Below are positions 1 to 11,064 of a stretch of 64,000 nucleotides of DNA, piece after piece (the stretch's first letter is position 1; each line of letters begins with the position of its first letter). The notes under the pieces were generated by a model. The model was not told the DNA's origin. It ran no database searches and worked only from the letters and a program-made list of their open reading frames with translations. The stretch is from Rebecca billardiae RCC1528. Taxonomy: Eukaryota; Protista; Haptophyta. The position numbers were made by a program, and so were the translations under genes. The DNA lies in the NCBI GenBank assembly GCA_965240325.2, contig OZ251249.1, forward strand, positions 124,001 through 188,000. The letters are read 5' to 3'.

Positions 1-1419
1 CACAGCGCGAAGCTGCACCGCCCGCCGGCGGAGGCTGTGCCCACCCTCGTCGCGCGGTACAGCAAGATCCTGTGGTCCGTCCAACCCCAGTGACCCGTCC
101 CCCACATCCGCGAGCAGCAGCACGCGGCGATCTTCGGGAGGCTGCTCACGCGCGTCGCAGCGCACTACCGAGCCGTGGACGCGACCAAGCGGACCGATAT
201 CCAGGTCGAGGCCAGCGCGCTCGACGTCACTGCCATCGGCCTCGTTGCTGAGGACCGCCAGTGTGTTGGCTGCGCGAGCTCGAGCTCCTATCTCATGTGC
301 CGCTTGCCGCTCTGCGGCGCCGGCTGAGACTTCTTCGCGATCGCGTCTCTCACGGCGATCAAGCAAGGGCACGTGCTCGGCAGCTGGCGAGAGCAACACA
401 GCGTCCGCGAGGTCAGCTGGGTTCTAGCTGCCAACGGCTTGCGCCCGCGCAACACCTGACCGCAACGAGCGTCTGCCGGCACGCCGGTGTGGACGCTCGA
501 CTTCCAGCACCATTTCAGATGCCATCAAGTCTAGGGAGCAGGCCGTGTGTAGCGAGTGCTAGAATAAGGCAGACCGCTAGCTGCACTGCGCCCAGCCGCG
601 AGCGCAGTGGTGCCCGTACGCGGCGCTGCGGCACGCACGCGGTGTGCGCGAGCGCTGCGCGGGCCACCAGCGTGGCCCCGCTGCCCGGGCCGTCCACTCG
701 GCCGCGTGGCGCGCCGCACCCGGCCGTCGCATGGACCCGGCGAGTGCCAGAGCCGGCGAGCAGTCGTCTACGCTACATCACGGGCCAAGCAGTGGGTAGT
801 CGCGAGCACGATGGACCAAGACGATCTTGCGATGTGGGCGCAGCGACGGCAACCTCACTTGGCACGCATCGGCGGCCTGAGCCGCCGGAGTGAACAAAGT
901 CACAGACAAGGGGATGCGTGCGCGGATGCGTGCGTTGGGCTCGGTGCATTCGCGCGTACATTCTGACACCCACGCCAGCTTCCTCTTCTCCTCCGGCGCA
1001 CACTGCTTGGGCAGCGCGGGCGCCGTGTGGCGCGAGCACCACGAGCTCACAGTCTGGCTGACTCGCGCGGCGTCGTGCCGTCTGCACGCACATGTGGCGC
1101 ACACTACCTCGGGCGGTTCGAGCAATCCATGCGCGCACGCGAATACGCCATGGACGCCGCGTCTCTCCCCCGCCCGTTCGGCCCCCGCGCGGCCCTGACT
1201 CGACTCGCACCCGTCCGCCGAGACCCAGCCCACTGCCCGCCGACTACCGAGGCTTTGGCAGCGGCTCTCGCGCCGGGGCGCCCTTTGCCGGGACGCTCCT
1301 TGTGGAACGCGAAGGTCGAGGGGTAGGTGAATAGGGCGGGCGGAGGTGATTCGAGGAATTGAAGGAACGACTTCATCAAGTGCCACTAATGATTTGCACC
1401 CGCGCGAAATACGTACTCA

Positions 1420-2162
1420 CATTACTCCGACGGTACCGGTGCAACAGGCCAGGCCGGCGCTCGGGGAGTCCAACTACCGCCTGGTCCTGCCCCCCGGCGC
1501 CGCGGCAGCCGGCAAGCGCGCGGCGACCGAGCCGTCCACGCCGGCGGAGGAGGATGGGCCCTCCTCCGCTGGCGGGAGCGACGCCAAGCCGGCCAAGCAG
1601 GCTCGCACCGCGTCCCTCGGCGACCCCCCCCGTGACCTGGCTGCCGCCGCGCCGCAGTCGCTGGCGTAGAGCCGCGCGCGGCGCTGGCGCGCCAGACGCG
1701 CCCGGTTGGGCAGCGCAGGCACCCTCAGCGGCCAGGACGACGACTTCCTCAACGGCAAGGGCGACGACTTCCTCTGCGGCCAGGGCGACGACTTCCTCAA
1801 CGGCAAGGACGACGACTTCCTCAACGGCAAGGGCGACTACTCCCTCAACTCGGCAAGGCCACTAGGCCGCGCACACCGGCCCGGGCGACCACATCCACTA
1901 CCTGCACTACGGCATCAACTTGAACAGCCTCGGACGACGACGACACGGGCAACTACATGATGACCAAGGCCGACGACGACTGCAAAACAGCGGCATCCCC
2001 GGGCGCCTACTACCTCAGTGACCGTGTGATCAGCATCGGTTACGACGACTCCCTCACCCGCGGCCAACGCGCTCCGACATCCTCCATTAACTCCATTCAG
2101 TACTTCGACAGACGAATCAGGAGAGCTGCGCCCTCGTGCCTGTGTCTTTAAATCATAGAATT
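1420..2162 (+). mobile_element. 3' remnant of a LINE related to the 45-54 kb element
   Basis: 2108-2162 is identical over 55 bp to 53947-54001. Upstream patches (GAGTCCAACTAC at ~1466, CAACGCGCTC, TGACCAAG) also match the LINE 3' UTR. The left boundary is uncertain. Confidence 0.6.
1731..1858 (+). repeat. ~5 imperfect 24-bp tandem repeats (GACGACTTCCTCAACGGCAAGGGC)
   Basis: Seen directly in the sequence. Confidence 0.85.
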
Positions 2163-2427
<265 letters not shown>

Positions 2428-3115
2428 GTAAACGCGAGCTCCGAGCGTCTCGAGCCCTGCTAAAAGCTCACCGGCACGTCCTCGGGCGCGTCGTCGGTGA
2501 CGCCCACGAAGGCAATCTCGACCCTCGCTCCTCTGACGAGCGAAGCTAACCTCCCGCCGAGCTCTTTTCGGCTCCGGCGGGGTGACCCGGCGTTTGCTGG
2601 CCCGGCTCGGGGAATCTCAATGATTCCGAGCCGCACGCCCCGTGCGTCAACCAATCACAGGTGTTCCCGACGCACCGCCGTAACTGCTGGTCGCACACGG
2701 TTTCTGGATCCGTGTACCCGTTGAATCCGGACGTCCTCGTCCGTGATGAATTTCTGGATGAAACGGTCGTGTTTGCGTTCTCGAGAACTCCAACACGCTT
2801 CCACGATGGCGGCCGGGCCATGCCCGTGCGACGTCACCGTGCCGCGCTGCGCCGGGCCGTACCGCCCGCGCACGCGCCGCGTCCGTGTCGCTCCGCGTCC
2901 GCGCTGCCGCGTCCGCGCTCCGCGTCCACGTCGATCCGCGCCAGCGCTGCTGCGCTCGCGCTCCTGCCGCCGCGCGCGCCGCGCGCGCGCGCCGCCAGAG
3001 CCAGCCACTGCTCCGTAGCTGATGCCGCCGGCCCGCCTGGTGCGGCGCCGGCCCTGACGTCCCAGCGGCGACGCCATCTGCTGAGATGCGCGCCCCAGGC
3101 TGCGTCAGCTCAACA

Positions 3116-3147
<32 letters not shown>

Positions 3148-4339
3148 CCTCCTGCATGAAGAGCGAAGCAATGTCTCCAAGTAGCATCGCCTATAGATAT
3201 GCCGATGATGTATAATCGAGGTTGGGATTTGTTCCGGGCTGAACGGGGAGAGCGACTGAGCCGCCGGTGCCACAGCGATTGCATGTGGTGGCAAGGGGCC
3301 CTGGCTCAGGCGAGCGCAGCACAGACTGCAGGTCCCTGACAAGCTCAGACAACTGAGATACGGAGGCTGCAGGGGCGGATGGTGGGTTTCGCGCAAAGAA
3401 GCACGACGGGAGGCGATGGATCCTCTTTGTGCTTTGCTGCGCGGATGAGCAGGGGGCCTGAGGATGCCCAAGTGGCTCTGCTCGATAGCAGGTCGTAGTT
3501 ACTAGAAGCGGCCACAACGATAATGAGCTTGGGGCTGGCCGCTTGCTTGACGAATGAGAAGCTGCCTGGATGCTGATGGAGAAGCTCCCAAGAGATCGAT
3601 CTCAGCACATGCTATCTCGAGAGCCGCCAAATAAATAGACACGAGCGAGCCGTTTAGAAGAGTTGGACATGAGGCCATAAAGGAGGTGCTGCCATGAGTG
3701 GTGATGAAGAACGTACATCATGATGATAGTAAAGATCTTGTCAAACATACTCCCTGGTGTTGTCTGTTGAAGGGTCGGTCGAGATGGTGGAGCAGCAATT
3801 TCTCGGAAACGTGAGCAGCCGGCACCATTGGGTACCAGCAGTCACCACCTGCAGGATCACGCACTCGTGGCAGATGATGGATTAAGCCCTTGGTCGCAAG
3901 CGGCACGCCTGCATCGCCTCCTTCTAGCCTCCGGACACACTCGGTTATAGCTGCGCTATAACGCCACGTGTCCTCCTGCATGAAGAGCGAAGCTGTCTCC
4001 AAGTAGCATCGCCTATAGATATGCTGATGATGTATAATCGAGGTTGGGATTTGTTCCGGGCTGAACGGGGAGAGCGACTGAGCCGCCGGTGCCACAGCGA
4101 TTGCATGTGGTGGCAAGGTCCCGTTAATGAGCAGGAGTGATCCCGTAGATGGCATTGGTGCAGAAGAAGACGATGCGGCTGCGAGTACATGAGCGTGACG
4201 CGAAAGAGGCGGCACACGACGCTGAGCAGCAAATGCATGGCTCGAATGCAATGCCGCTTTTGGGGGGGGGGGGGGGGGGGGATGAGCGAGTTTGGGGCAG
4301 GGGGCGGGTGGGAGGGGACCTACAAGGGTCCGGCCCGCA

Positions 4340-4697
4340 AGGGCTGTGCCTACAAAGGCTGTGCCTACAAAGGCTGTGCCTACAAAGGCTGTGCCTACAA
4401 AGGCTGTGCCTACAAAGGTCACTGGTGTGCCTACAAAGGCTGTGCCTACAAAGGTCACGGGTGTGCCGACAAAGGCTGTGCCTACAAAGGTCACTGGTGT
4501 GCCTACAAAGGCTGTGCCTACAAAGGTCACGGGTGTGCCTACAAAGGCTGTGCCTACAAAGGTCACTGGTGTGCCTACAAAGGCTGTGCCTACAAAGGTC
4601 ACTGGTGTGCCTACAAAGGCTGTGCCTACAAAGGTCACGGGTGTGCCTACAAAGGCTGTGCCTACAAAGGTCACGGGTGTGCCTACAAAGGTCACAA
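4340..4697. repeat. Minisatellite of interleaved 15-bp (AAAGGCTGTGCCTAC) and 21-bp (AAAGGTCACKGGTGTGCCTAC) units in the YR element 3' region, next to a G-run at 4262-4281
   Basis: Seen directly in the sequence. Confidence 0.95.
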
Positions 4698-4718
4698 GCT
4701 GCCGGCTAACGACAGGGC

Positions 4719-7700
4719 CTACTGCGAGCCGAGGAGTGTGCTCACGCCGCCGGCGATATCGTCGTTGTCGATGGGCGGGAGGTCCGCTGCAAAGCGACTG
4801 TGCACCGGCGAGGAAGCCATCCGCAGCACTTGCTGCGCGTACATCTCGGCGGTCAGACGCGCGTAGATGCGGGGGCACTCGTCTGAACGCCACCGGCAGA
4901 TGCGCTGGATGAGGTCCCTGGAGGCGCCTCCCGAGAGAAGAGCGCAGGCGGCGCCGATGCGGAAGCTGTGCGCCGAGTACTTTCGTGCGTCAGCTGGCTG
5001 CATGATGGCGCAGAGCAGCCCGTCGACCACGCTGTCGACGAGCTGGTGCCGCAGCGGCGCGCGCGAGCCGGGCGCCGAGCAGAAGAGCGGCGTGGACGCT
5101 TGCGCGCCCTGCGCGACCGGGTCCGCTAGCACGTGCACGGCGAGAGCGCCACCGGGATCGAGCGCATCGCCGGGGAGCACGGGCAGGTAGATCGGATCGG
5201 CGCCATAGACGTCGCCAAAGGCGTCGCTTTTGGAGCACGGCGGGCGAAGCACTGCAAAATCCCCGCGCGCGCGCGCGCGCAGCTGCTGCGCGGAAGGCAT
5301 CGCGACGAGGACGCCGCCCAGCCGCCAAGTGAGCGACGCCCGCGATAGGCAGCCGGCGTGAAACGAGTCGTTGTCCGCAGTCGCGACCTCCGCCTTGCGC
5401 AGCGCGCCGAAGTAGAGCGTGACGAGCAACGCCCGCATGCCGATCCAGAATGGATCACGCCAGTCGACAATGCGCCCCGCCACGCGCGCGCCGCCGGCGC
5501 GCGCAAAGATGTCGCGGAGGTGCTGGGCCCCCAGCGGCTCCTTGCGCTGCGGGAGGAGCGCCTCAGAGCCGTGGCGACGCACGAACTCGCGCAGCATCCC
5601 CGCGAGCACGCGCTTGATGAGCGGCGCGCGCACGAGCTCGACGTTGGCTGTGTTGCGGTGGACACGGCGCACCGTCTGCACGACAGAGAAGGCGCTCTGC
5701 GGGCGCGCGCCCGGGTCGGAGTGGCGGCGCGGCCGCATGCGCTCGTACGTGTGGATGAGGAACGAGGCGAGGAGGAAACTCTCGCGCTGGAAGCCTACCG
5801 AGTCCGCGCCCGAGTTAGCAGCCGCATCGGTGCGCAGCGGCGGCGTGCCCATCAGCGCGCAGTACGCCAACCAGCGCCGCCAGTCCGTCGCGTCCTTGGC
5901 CTGCGTGTTGACTGGCGCCGCCGCCGCCGCGGCGCGCGCGAGCGAGGCGTGGAGGCGCGCCGCCGCCAGCGGTTCGGCCGGGTGGAGCGCGAGCGGCGAG
6001 GTGCCTCCGAACGGCGGCGGCGGCAGCGCCGGCAAACCGTCGGGCGAGGGCGCAGCCGGGTCGGAGGAGGGCCGCGCGGGCAGGGGCCGCAAGTCGAAGC
6101 GCGCGCTAGCAGCATACGCGCATACGACCGCCGGCGGTTGACCCGAGGGCGCGGCGCCGCCGGGGGGCCGCTGCTGCTGGCTAAGCGAGAGATGCGCACC
6201 GCGTCGCCAGAGCGCACCTGCCCGCAGAGCCGGCGCCTGCGCCGGCGCGAGGGCCAGATCCGGCCGCGAGCGCGACTGCCGAGAGAGCGCGTCGGGCGGC
6301 GGCCGCCGCCATCCTGCGTTGCGCGACTCGCGGGCTGCCGATGCCGCTGCGTCCTCGCCGCTGCGAGGGGCGCCCGCCGCGGGCGGCGCGCCACCGACTG
6401 GCTGGCGCCGCCACACCGGCCCCGGGTTGCGGGCCTCGCCCACGCGCTCACCGCGCAGCGGCATGGGCGGGTCGGCAGCGAGGACGAGCGGACGCGAGAG
6501 CAGCGCGACGAGCTCGTCAAGCAGCGCCTGCACGCGCACGATGGGCACCGCGAGCCACGTCGGGCGTAGGCCGAGCTGGGCGCACAGGCGCTCGAGGACG
6601 CCAAACTCGCCGCGGCTGGCTGCGTCCGCCAACGGGTTCATCTCAGAGAGGAGGAACTCCGAGTCGGTCAGGTCGGCGATCGCTCGCCATTCCGGGGTGT
6701 CGAGCAACGCGAGGTGCGCGTGCTGCAGCAGCGGGGAGTGCGCGGACAGGTTGTGGAGGATGTGGTCGGTGACAGAGCTGTCGGTGCGCAGCCGGATGAC
6801 GGCGCCTGCAATGCGCGGCGCGAAGATCAGCACGTTGGCGAACAGCGCGACGAACTCGAGCGCGACCACCGGCAGAGCGAGGTCCGACGCGCGCAAGGGC
6901 AGGCTCCAGCAGAGCCCGTGGGCGTAGCCCCCCAGCGACGGCACGCGCGCGCCATCCTTGGCGGCGTCCGAGAAGAGCACGAACGCAGGCGGCGCCGCGG
7001 CCGGCAGGTGCCGGCGGGTCGCGGGGCCCGGCAGCGCGTTGGAGAAGAGCACGCCCGCGGTGGAGCGCAGGAGCTTGGCCCAGCGCGCGCACGCGGCGCG
7101 GAGCGCGGCGGTGATGGGCACCGGCCGCGCGGGGTGGCGGCCGAGCTCGCTGAAGTGCGTGTACAGGCCGTAGAAGAACGTGCGGTTTGCCGGCGTGAGC
7201 GGGCGGAAGTGCTCGAGCAGACCGACGAGCGCGCGAAAGGTAGAGAAGGGCACCGGCCTGCTCGCCAGCAAGTCGTCCAGGATGACGAGAGCGCGCAGGA
7301 TCTTGGCCGGCGGCACCGCGAGGACGCCAGCGCAGACGACAAAGTCACAGCCGAGCCATAGCGCTGACTGGCCGATCTGGCGCTTCTCGGGGATGGCCAT
7401 GAGCAGGCCGAGGCTGGTGGTGACGCGGTGCCAGACGGAGAGAAAGCGCACCGTTCTGTCCACGCCGACGATGGAGAAGTTGGTGTCGTCCGTGAAGCAG
7501 TCGCCGCTGAAGAGGCGCAGCTGGGGGCGCCGCGTGGTCACCGCGAGCGCACGGCGCTGCTCGATCCAGCTGCGCACAGCAGGGGGCGTCATCGGGTCAG
7601 CGAGCATCGCCTCGAAGCGCGGCAGCTCCTCGGCGTCGAAGCACCGCGAGGCGATCTGCACGACGGTCGTGCTCAGGCGCTGCGCGATGTTACTGCTGGG

Positions 7701-8579
7701 CGAGAGCCCAAAGCCGAGGCGCGCCTCAGAGACGACGACGTGGCCGGCGGCGGCAACGCCCTCGCCGTCCGGCCGCAGCCAGAGGAGGCAGACGTTTGGC
7801 AGCTCGGCCGTTGCGACGCCGAGGTGGTTGAAGAAGTCGGCCACGTCGTCTGTGAGCGTGAGTATCGGCTCGCCAAACACGGCGGCGGCGTCGAGCAGGA
7901 TCGCGTTGTCGTGCATCTTGCCGCCGACCGTGGGCTTGGCCTCGCGCGGCCACTTGCGCGGCGGCGCGCGCGGCAGGGTTGGCGCAAGACCCGCGGCGAT
8001 CATCCGCTCGGCCGCGGCGGACGGGGCCGCTGCTGGGCGGGGCACGTCGTGCCAGCCCGCGGCCGCGTCAGCGACCTCGTCGTGGAGACCGACAGCGACG
8101 TTGAGCGGGATGACTGGCACGCCAGCTGTGTCGACGAGCGCGCGGCGGGGCGCGCCACCATCGGTCGTGCGGCGGTGCCGGTCCGGCTCGAGCTTGCGCG
8201 GCGTGGACCCCTGCGGGCTGAGCCGGCACGGGAGGAACGGGAAGTCGTCCCAGAAGCTGTACCAGCCGCGCGCCGCGAGGCGGAGGAGCTCTTTGTGCAC
8301 GGAGGAGGCGGCCGCGCCGAGGGTGGTGAGGTGCGGCAGCAGCACGAGCTGGAGAGCCACATCGGCCTTGAACCGCACACCGTGGCGCACAAAGGAGAGC
8401 AGCTCGCGGTCGGGGAAGTCGGGACCGACGGCAGCTTCGAGGGCGTCCGGCATGAGCGTGCGCGACGCGAGCGGCGCCGAGAAGTCGAGCGGCAAGTACA
8501 CGCCGTCCACCTTGCTCCGAAGGTCCCAGACGATGCCGCGGGCCTCCGGGTGGAAGAGGTCCAAGATCTTGTCAAACAT
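4719..8579 (-). CDS. DIRS/Ngaro-type polyprotein: reverse transcriptase + RNase H + tyrosine recombinase (1286 aa)
   Basis: RT: DDVADFF, FGLSPS, CFTDD. RNase H: FSDAA..LEFVA..TDSS..NPLADAASR. YR: LRKAE, KSD, HSFRIG, RWRS, YAR. Confidence 0.92.
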   Translation of the reverse strand: MFDKILDLFHPEARGIVWDLRSKVDGVYLPLDFSAPLASRTLMPDALEAAVGPDFPDRELLSFVRHGVRFKADVALQLVLLPHLTTLGAAASSVHKELLRLAARGWYSFWDDFPFLPCRLSPQGSTPRKLEPDRHRRTTDGGAPRRALVDTAGVPVIPLNVAVGLHDEVADAAAGWHDVPRPAAAPSAAAERMIAAGLAPTLPRAPPRKWPREAKPTVGGKMHDNAILLDAAAVFGEPILTLTDDVADFFNHLGVATAELPNVCLLWLRPDGEGVAAAGHVVVSEARLGFGLSPSSNIAQRLSTTVVQIASRCFDAEELPRFEAMLADPMTPPAVRSWIEQRRALAVTTRRPQLRLFSGDCFTDDTNFSIVGVDRTVRFLSVWHRVTTSLGLLMAIPEKRQIGQSALWLGCDFVVCAGVLAVPPAKILRALVILDDLLASRPVPFSTFRALVGLLEHFRPLTPANRTFFYGLYTHFSELGRHPARPVPITAALRAACARWAKLLRSTAGVLFSNALPGPATRRHLPAAAPPAFVLFSDAAKDGARVPSLGGYAHGLCWSLPLRASDLALPVVALEFVALFANVLIFAPRIAGAVIRLRTDSSVTDHILHNLSAHSPLLQHAHLALLDTPEWRAIADLTDSEFLLSEMNPLADAASRGEFGVLERLCAQLGLRPTWLAVPIVRVQALLDELVALLSRPLVLAADPPMPLRGERVGEARNPGPVWRRQPVGGAPPAAGAPRSGEDAAASAARESRNAGWRRPPPDALSRQSRSRPDLALAPAQAPALRAGALWRRGAHLSLSQQQRPPGGAAPSGQPPAVVCAYAASARFDLRPLPARPSSDPAAPSPDGLPALPPPPFGGTSPLALHPAEPLAAARLHASLARAAAAAAPVNTQAKDATDWRRWLAYCALMGTPPLRTDAAANSGADSVGFQRESFLLASFLIHTYERMRPRRHSDPGARPQSAFSVVQTVRRVHRNTANVELVRAPLIKRVLAGMLREFVRRHGSEALLPQRKEPLGAQHLRDIFARAGGARVAGRIVDWRDPFWIGMRALLVTLYFGALRKAEVATADNDSFHAGCLSRASLTWRLGGVLVAMPSAQQLRARARGDFAVLRPPCSKSDAFGDVYGADPIYLPVLPGDALDPGGALAVHVLADPVAQGAQASTPLFCSAPGSRAPLRHQLVDSVVDGLLCAIMQPADARKYSAHSFRIGAACALLSGGASRDLIQRICRWRSDECPRIYARLTAEMYAQQVLRMASSPVHSRFAADLPPIDNDDIAGGVSTLLGSQ

Positions 8580-9175
8580 ACTCCCTGGTGTTGTCTGTTG
8601 AAGGGTCGGTCGAGATGGTGGAGCAGCAATTTCTCGGAAACGTGAGCAGCCGGCACCATTGGGTACCAGCAGTCACCACCTGCAGGATCACGCACTCGTG
8701 GCAGATGATGGATTAAGCCCTTGGTCGCAAGCGGCACGCCTGCATCGCCTCCTTCTAGCCTCCGGACACACTCGGTTATAGCTGCGCTATAACGCCACAT
8801 ATATATATATACAGCTTGCTGACTCTGACGCCTGCCCGTTGCATACCTGACGTCGTTAATACGATATACTTTATAATTTATCTATTATAATGAATATATC
8901 AGATGTGTGTGTGTGTGTGTGCGTGTGTGTGTGTCGTGTGTATCATACACTGTAGTATCAATAGTCGTGTCACCGGGTCACTGCCGGTAGGCTGATGGAC
9001 CCCCTAGGCGGCCTAGCCTCAGCCCGCGGCCGCTCGGCCCGCTTGCAGCGCGGCCGGCGGGCCGTCGGGTTCGGCAGCAGCGGGCAGCGCGGCTCGGTGC
9101 CCTGCGCCAGCACTCGCACGCACGGCGCACTCAGGCATGCTTGCGCGACCAGCGCACCCACCACTGGCCACGCGC

Positions 9176-10606
9176 TCAGCGCAGCCCACAGCGCCGCATC
9201 AGGGGCGGCAGCTGCACCACGCGCTGCGGCGTCGGCTGCTCTCCGCCATCGCTGTCCACGCCCAGGCCGAGCGCGCCCGAATGTATGCCGCATGCGTGCA
9301 CGCCGCCGTCCGCGGTGGCGTAGAGCGCGTGCCAATAACCGAGTGAGCAGTCGACGACGTGTGCGTGCGCGAGGCCCTGCACCCGCTCGGGCAGCGCGCG
9401 ATCCTCTCGGTCCCCCAGCCCCAGATGGCAACAGTGGTTGTGCCCAAACGCGTACACGCTGCCGTCCGCGCACACCACCGCGCTCGTGCGACAGCCCGCG
9501 CTGGCGCGCACGGCACGCATGCCCATCAATGCGTCGACGCGCGTGGGCACTAAGCGACGCGTCTCGTCACCGTGGCCGAGCGCGCCATGAGAACCGCCTC
9601 CGAAGGAGTGCACGCCGCCCGCTGCGTCCACCACCAGGCTGTGGTCTAAGCCCGCGCTCACGTGCACGGCGCGCACGCCCACGAGCGCCTCGATGCGCCG
9701 CGGCGTGCGCCGACCCTGCCCGCCGCCGTGGCCGAGCTGGCCGGAGATGGAGTCGCCACAGGAGTACACGGCGCCGCACGCCGAGAGCAGCAGCGTATGC
9801 TCGTTGCCCGCGGCCACGCCGCCCACGCGCACGCCGTCCAGCGCCTCGATGCGCGTCGGCTGCAGCCGCTTCTTTGTGTCGCCGTGGCCGAGCCGGCCAG
9901 AGCGGTTGTAGCCCCAGCTGTGCGCCGCGCCGGCAGCCGTGAGCGCGAGGCTATGATACAAGCCAGCAGCAACGCCGACGACGAGCTCCGCACCTAGCGC
10001 CGCCACCTGCACGAACGCCCGTCGCTCAGCCGTGTCGCCCACGCCCAGCTGGCCGTGGTCGTTGCTGCCGCAGCCGTACACGGCGCCGGCGTCGCTCAGC
10101 GCGAGCAAGTGCTCGCTGCCGGCAGCCACTGCACACACGCGCACCGCATCCAGCGAGCCCACGCGCGTCGGCGAGAGCACGATCGCCTCCCCGCTGAGGT
10201 CGCGATGGCCCAATCGCGCGCCGCACGTGTGCACGCATCCGGCGCCGTCGACAAAGGCGGAGAGGCGCATCTGAAAGGATCGGCTGGCAGCGGCAGCGTG
10301 CGCGTGCGCGCACGCAAGCTCGCACACGCGCTCGCGCCCAAGCAGCTCCTCCGCCCACGTGCGCGTGCCCGCCGGCAGGGTCGGCGGCAGCGCGGCCTCG
10401 TGCCCGCGCGCGCGCGCGCGCTCGCGCAGCGCGTGCTCGAGCGGCGCGCCGCGGAAGAGGCGCGCGGCGGCGTTGGCGGCGGCGAGATCGTGCGCGCCGT
10501 CGAGGTGGATAAGGATGCGCGCGACGAGCTCGCGCGGCAGGTCGGTCAGCCGCACGGCCGCCGCTGCCAAGCGCGCCTCGCTACGCGCGCGCGTCGTCGG
10601 TGCCAT
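9176..10606 (-). CDS. F-box-like + RCC1-repeat beta-propeller protein, copy 1
   Basis: LTDLPRELVARILIHL F-box-like motif and repeated VAAGxxH...GxVYxxGxNxxGQLG RCC1 blades. Intronless, 1431 bp. Confidence 0.9.
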   Translation of the reverse strand: MAPTTRARSEARLAAAAVRLTDLPRELVARILIHLDGAHDLAAANAAARLFRGAPLEHALRERARARGHEAALPPTLPAGTRTWAEELLGRERVCELACAHAHAAAASRSFQMRLSAFVDGAGCVHTCGARLGHRDLSGEAIVLSPTRVGSLDAVRVCAVAAGSEHLLALSDAGAVYGCGSNDHGQLGVGDTAERRAFVQVAALGAELVVGVAAGLYHSLALTAAGAAHSWGYNRSGRLGHGDTKKRLQPTRIEALDGVRVGGVAAGNEHTLLLSACGAVYSCGDSISGQLGHGGGQGRRTPRRIEALVGVRAVHVSAGLDHSLVVDAAGGVHSFGGGSHGALGHGDETRRLVPTRVDALMGMRAVRASAGCRTSAVVCADGSVYAFGHNHCCHLGLGDREDRALPERVQGLAHAHVVDCSLGYWHALYATADGGVHACGIHSGALGLGVDSDGGEQPTPQRVVQLPPLMRRCGLR

Positions 10607-11064
10607 CCCGCGCTCCAGCGCCACGTCGAGGACGACGGTTGGCCAAGCCAAAGGGCAGGAAGCGAATAAATAAAAGAACTGCTCTGATCATAGAATTGGT
10701 CCGGGGCGCCGCGCATCGGACTCAACAATTTTGAATCTTCCTAATCGGCACGCTGACTCGAGATGGCAGGAAGCGCGCGCCATGTACCTTGCGGATAGAC
10801 GTTGACCGAATATATGGCGTTCGCAGACGACGCGTCAGTGGGAAGGGCCATGGGCCGCGCCCGCATCAGCCCGATCGAGCCCCTGCCCCTGCGCCCCGCG
10901 GCCGCCGGCGCAGCCGCTGCGCGCTTGCAGCGCGGTGACGGGTGAGGCCGTCGTTTTGCGGCAGCACGGGGCGGTGCGGCACAGTGCCGCCTGCGCCAGC
11001 ACTCGCATCGGCACGCCACACGTGCGTGCATGCGCGAACAGCGCACTCACTGCTGGCCGCGCGC

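Larger units (their letters stand above)
3144..8798 (-). mobile_element. Tyrosine-recombinase retrotransposon (Ngaro/PAT-like, split direct repeats A1-ORF-B1-A2-...-B2)
   Basis: A1 8563-8798 matches A2 3732-3967 (236 bp). B1 3968-4118 matches B2 3144-3296. B1 abuts A2, reproducing the circle junction. Contains an RT/RNaseH/YR ORF and is flanked by (GT)n and (AT)n. Confidence 0.92.

Noticed and set aside
1-1330. Coding-like fragments, including an AP2-like YLGRF patch near 1100
   Set aside because: Short, frame-broken and with too few motif residues to assign.
4189-4912. ORFs with CAYKG, VPTKA or FVGT repeats, or a CRISPR array
   Set aside because: These are translations of a stop-free minisatellite; no spacers.
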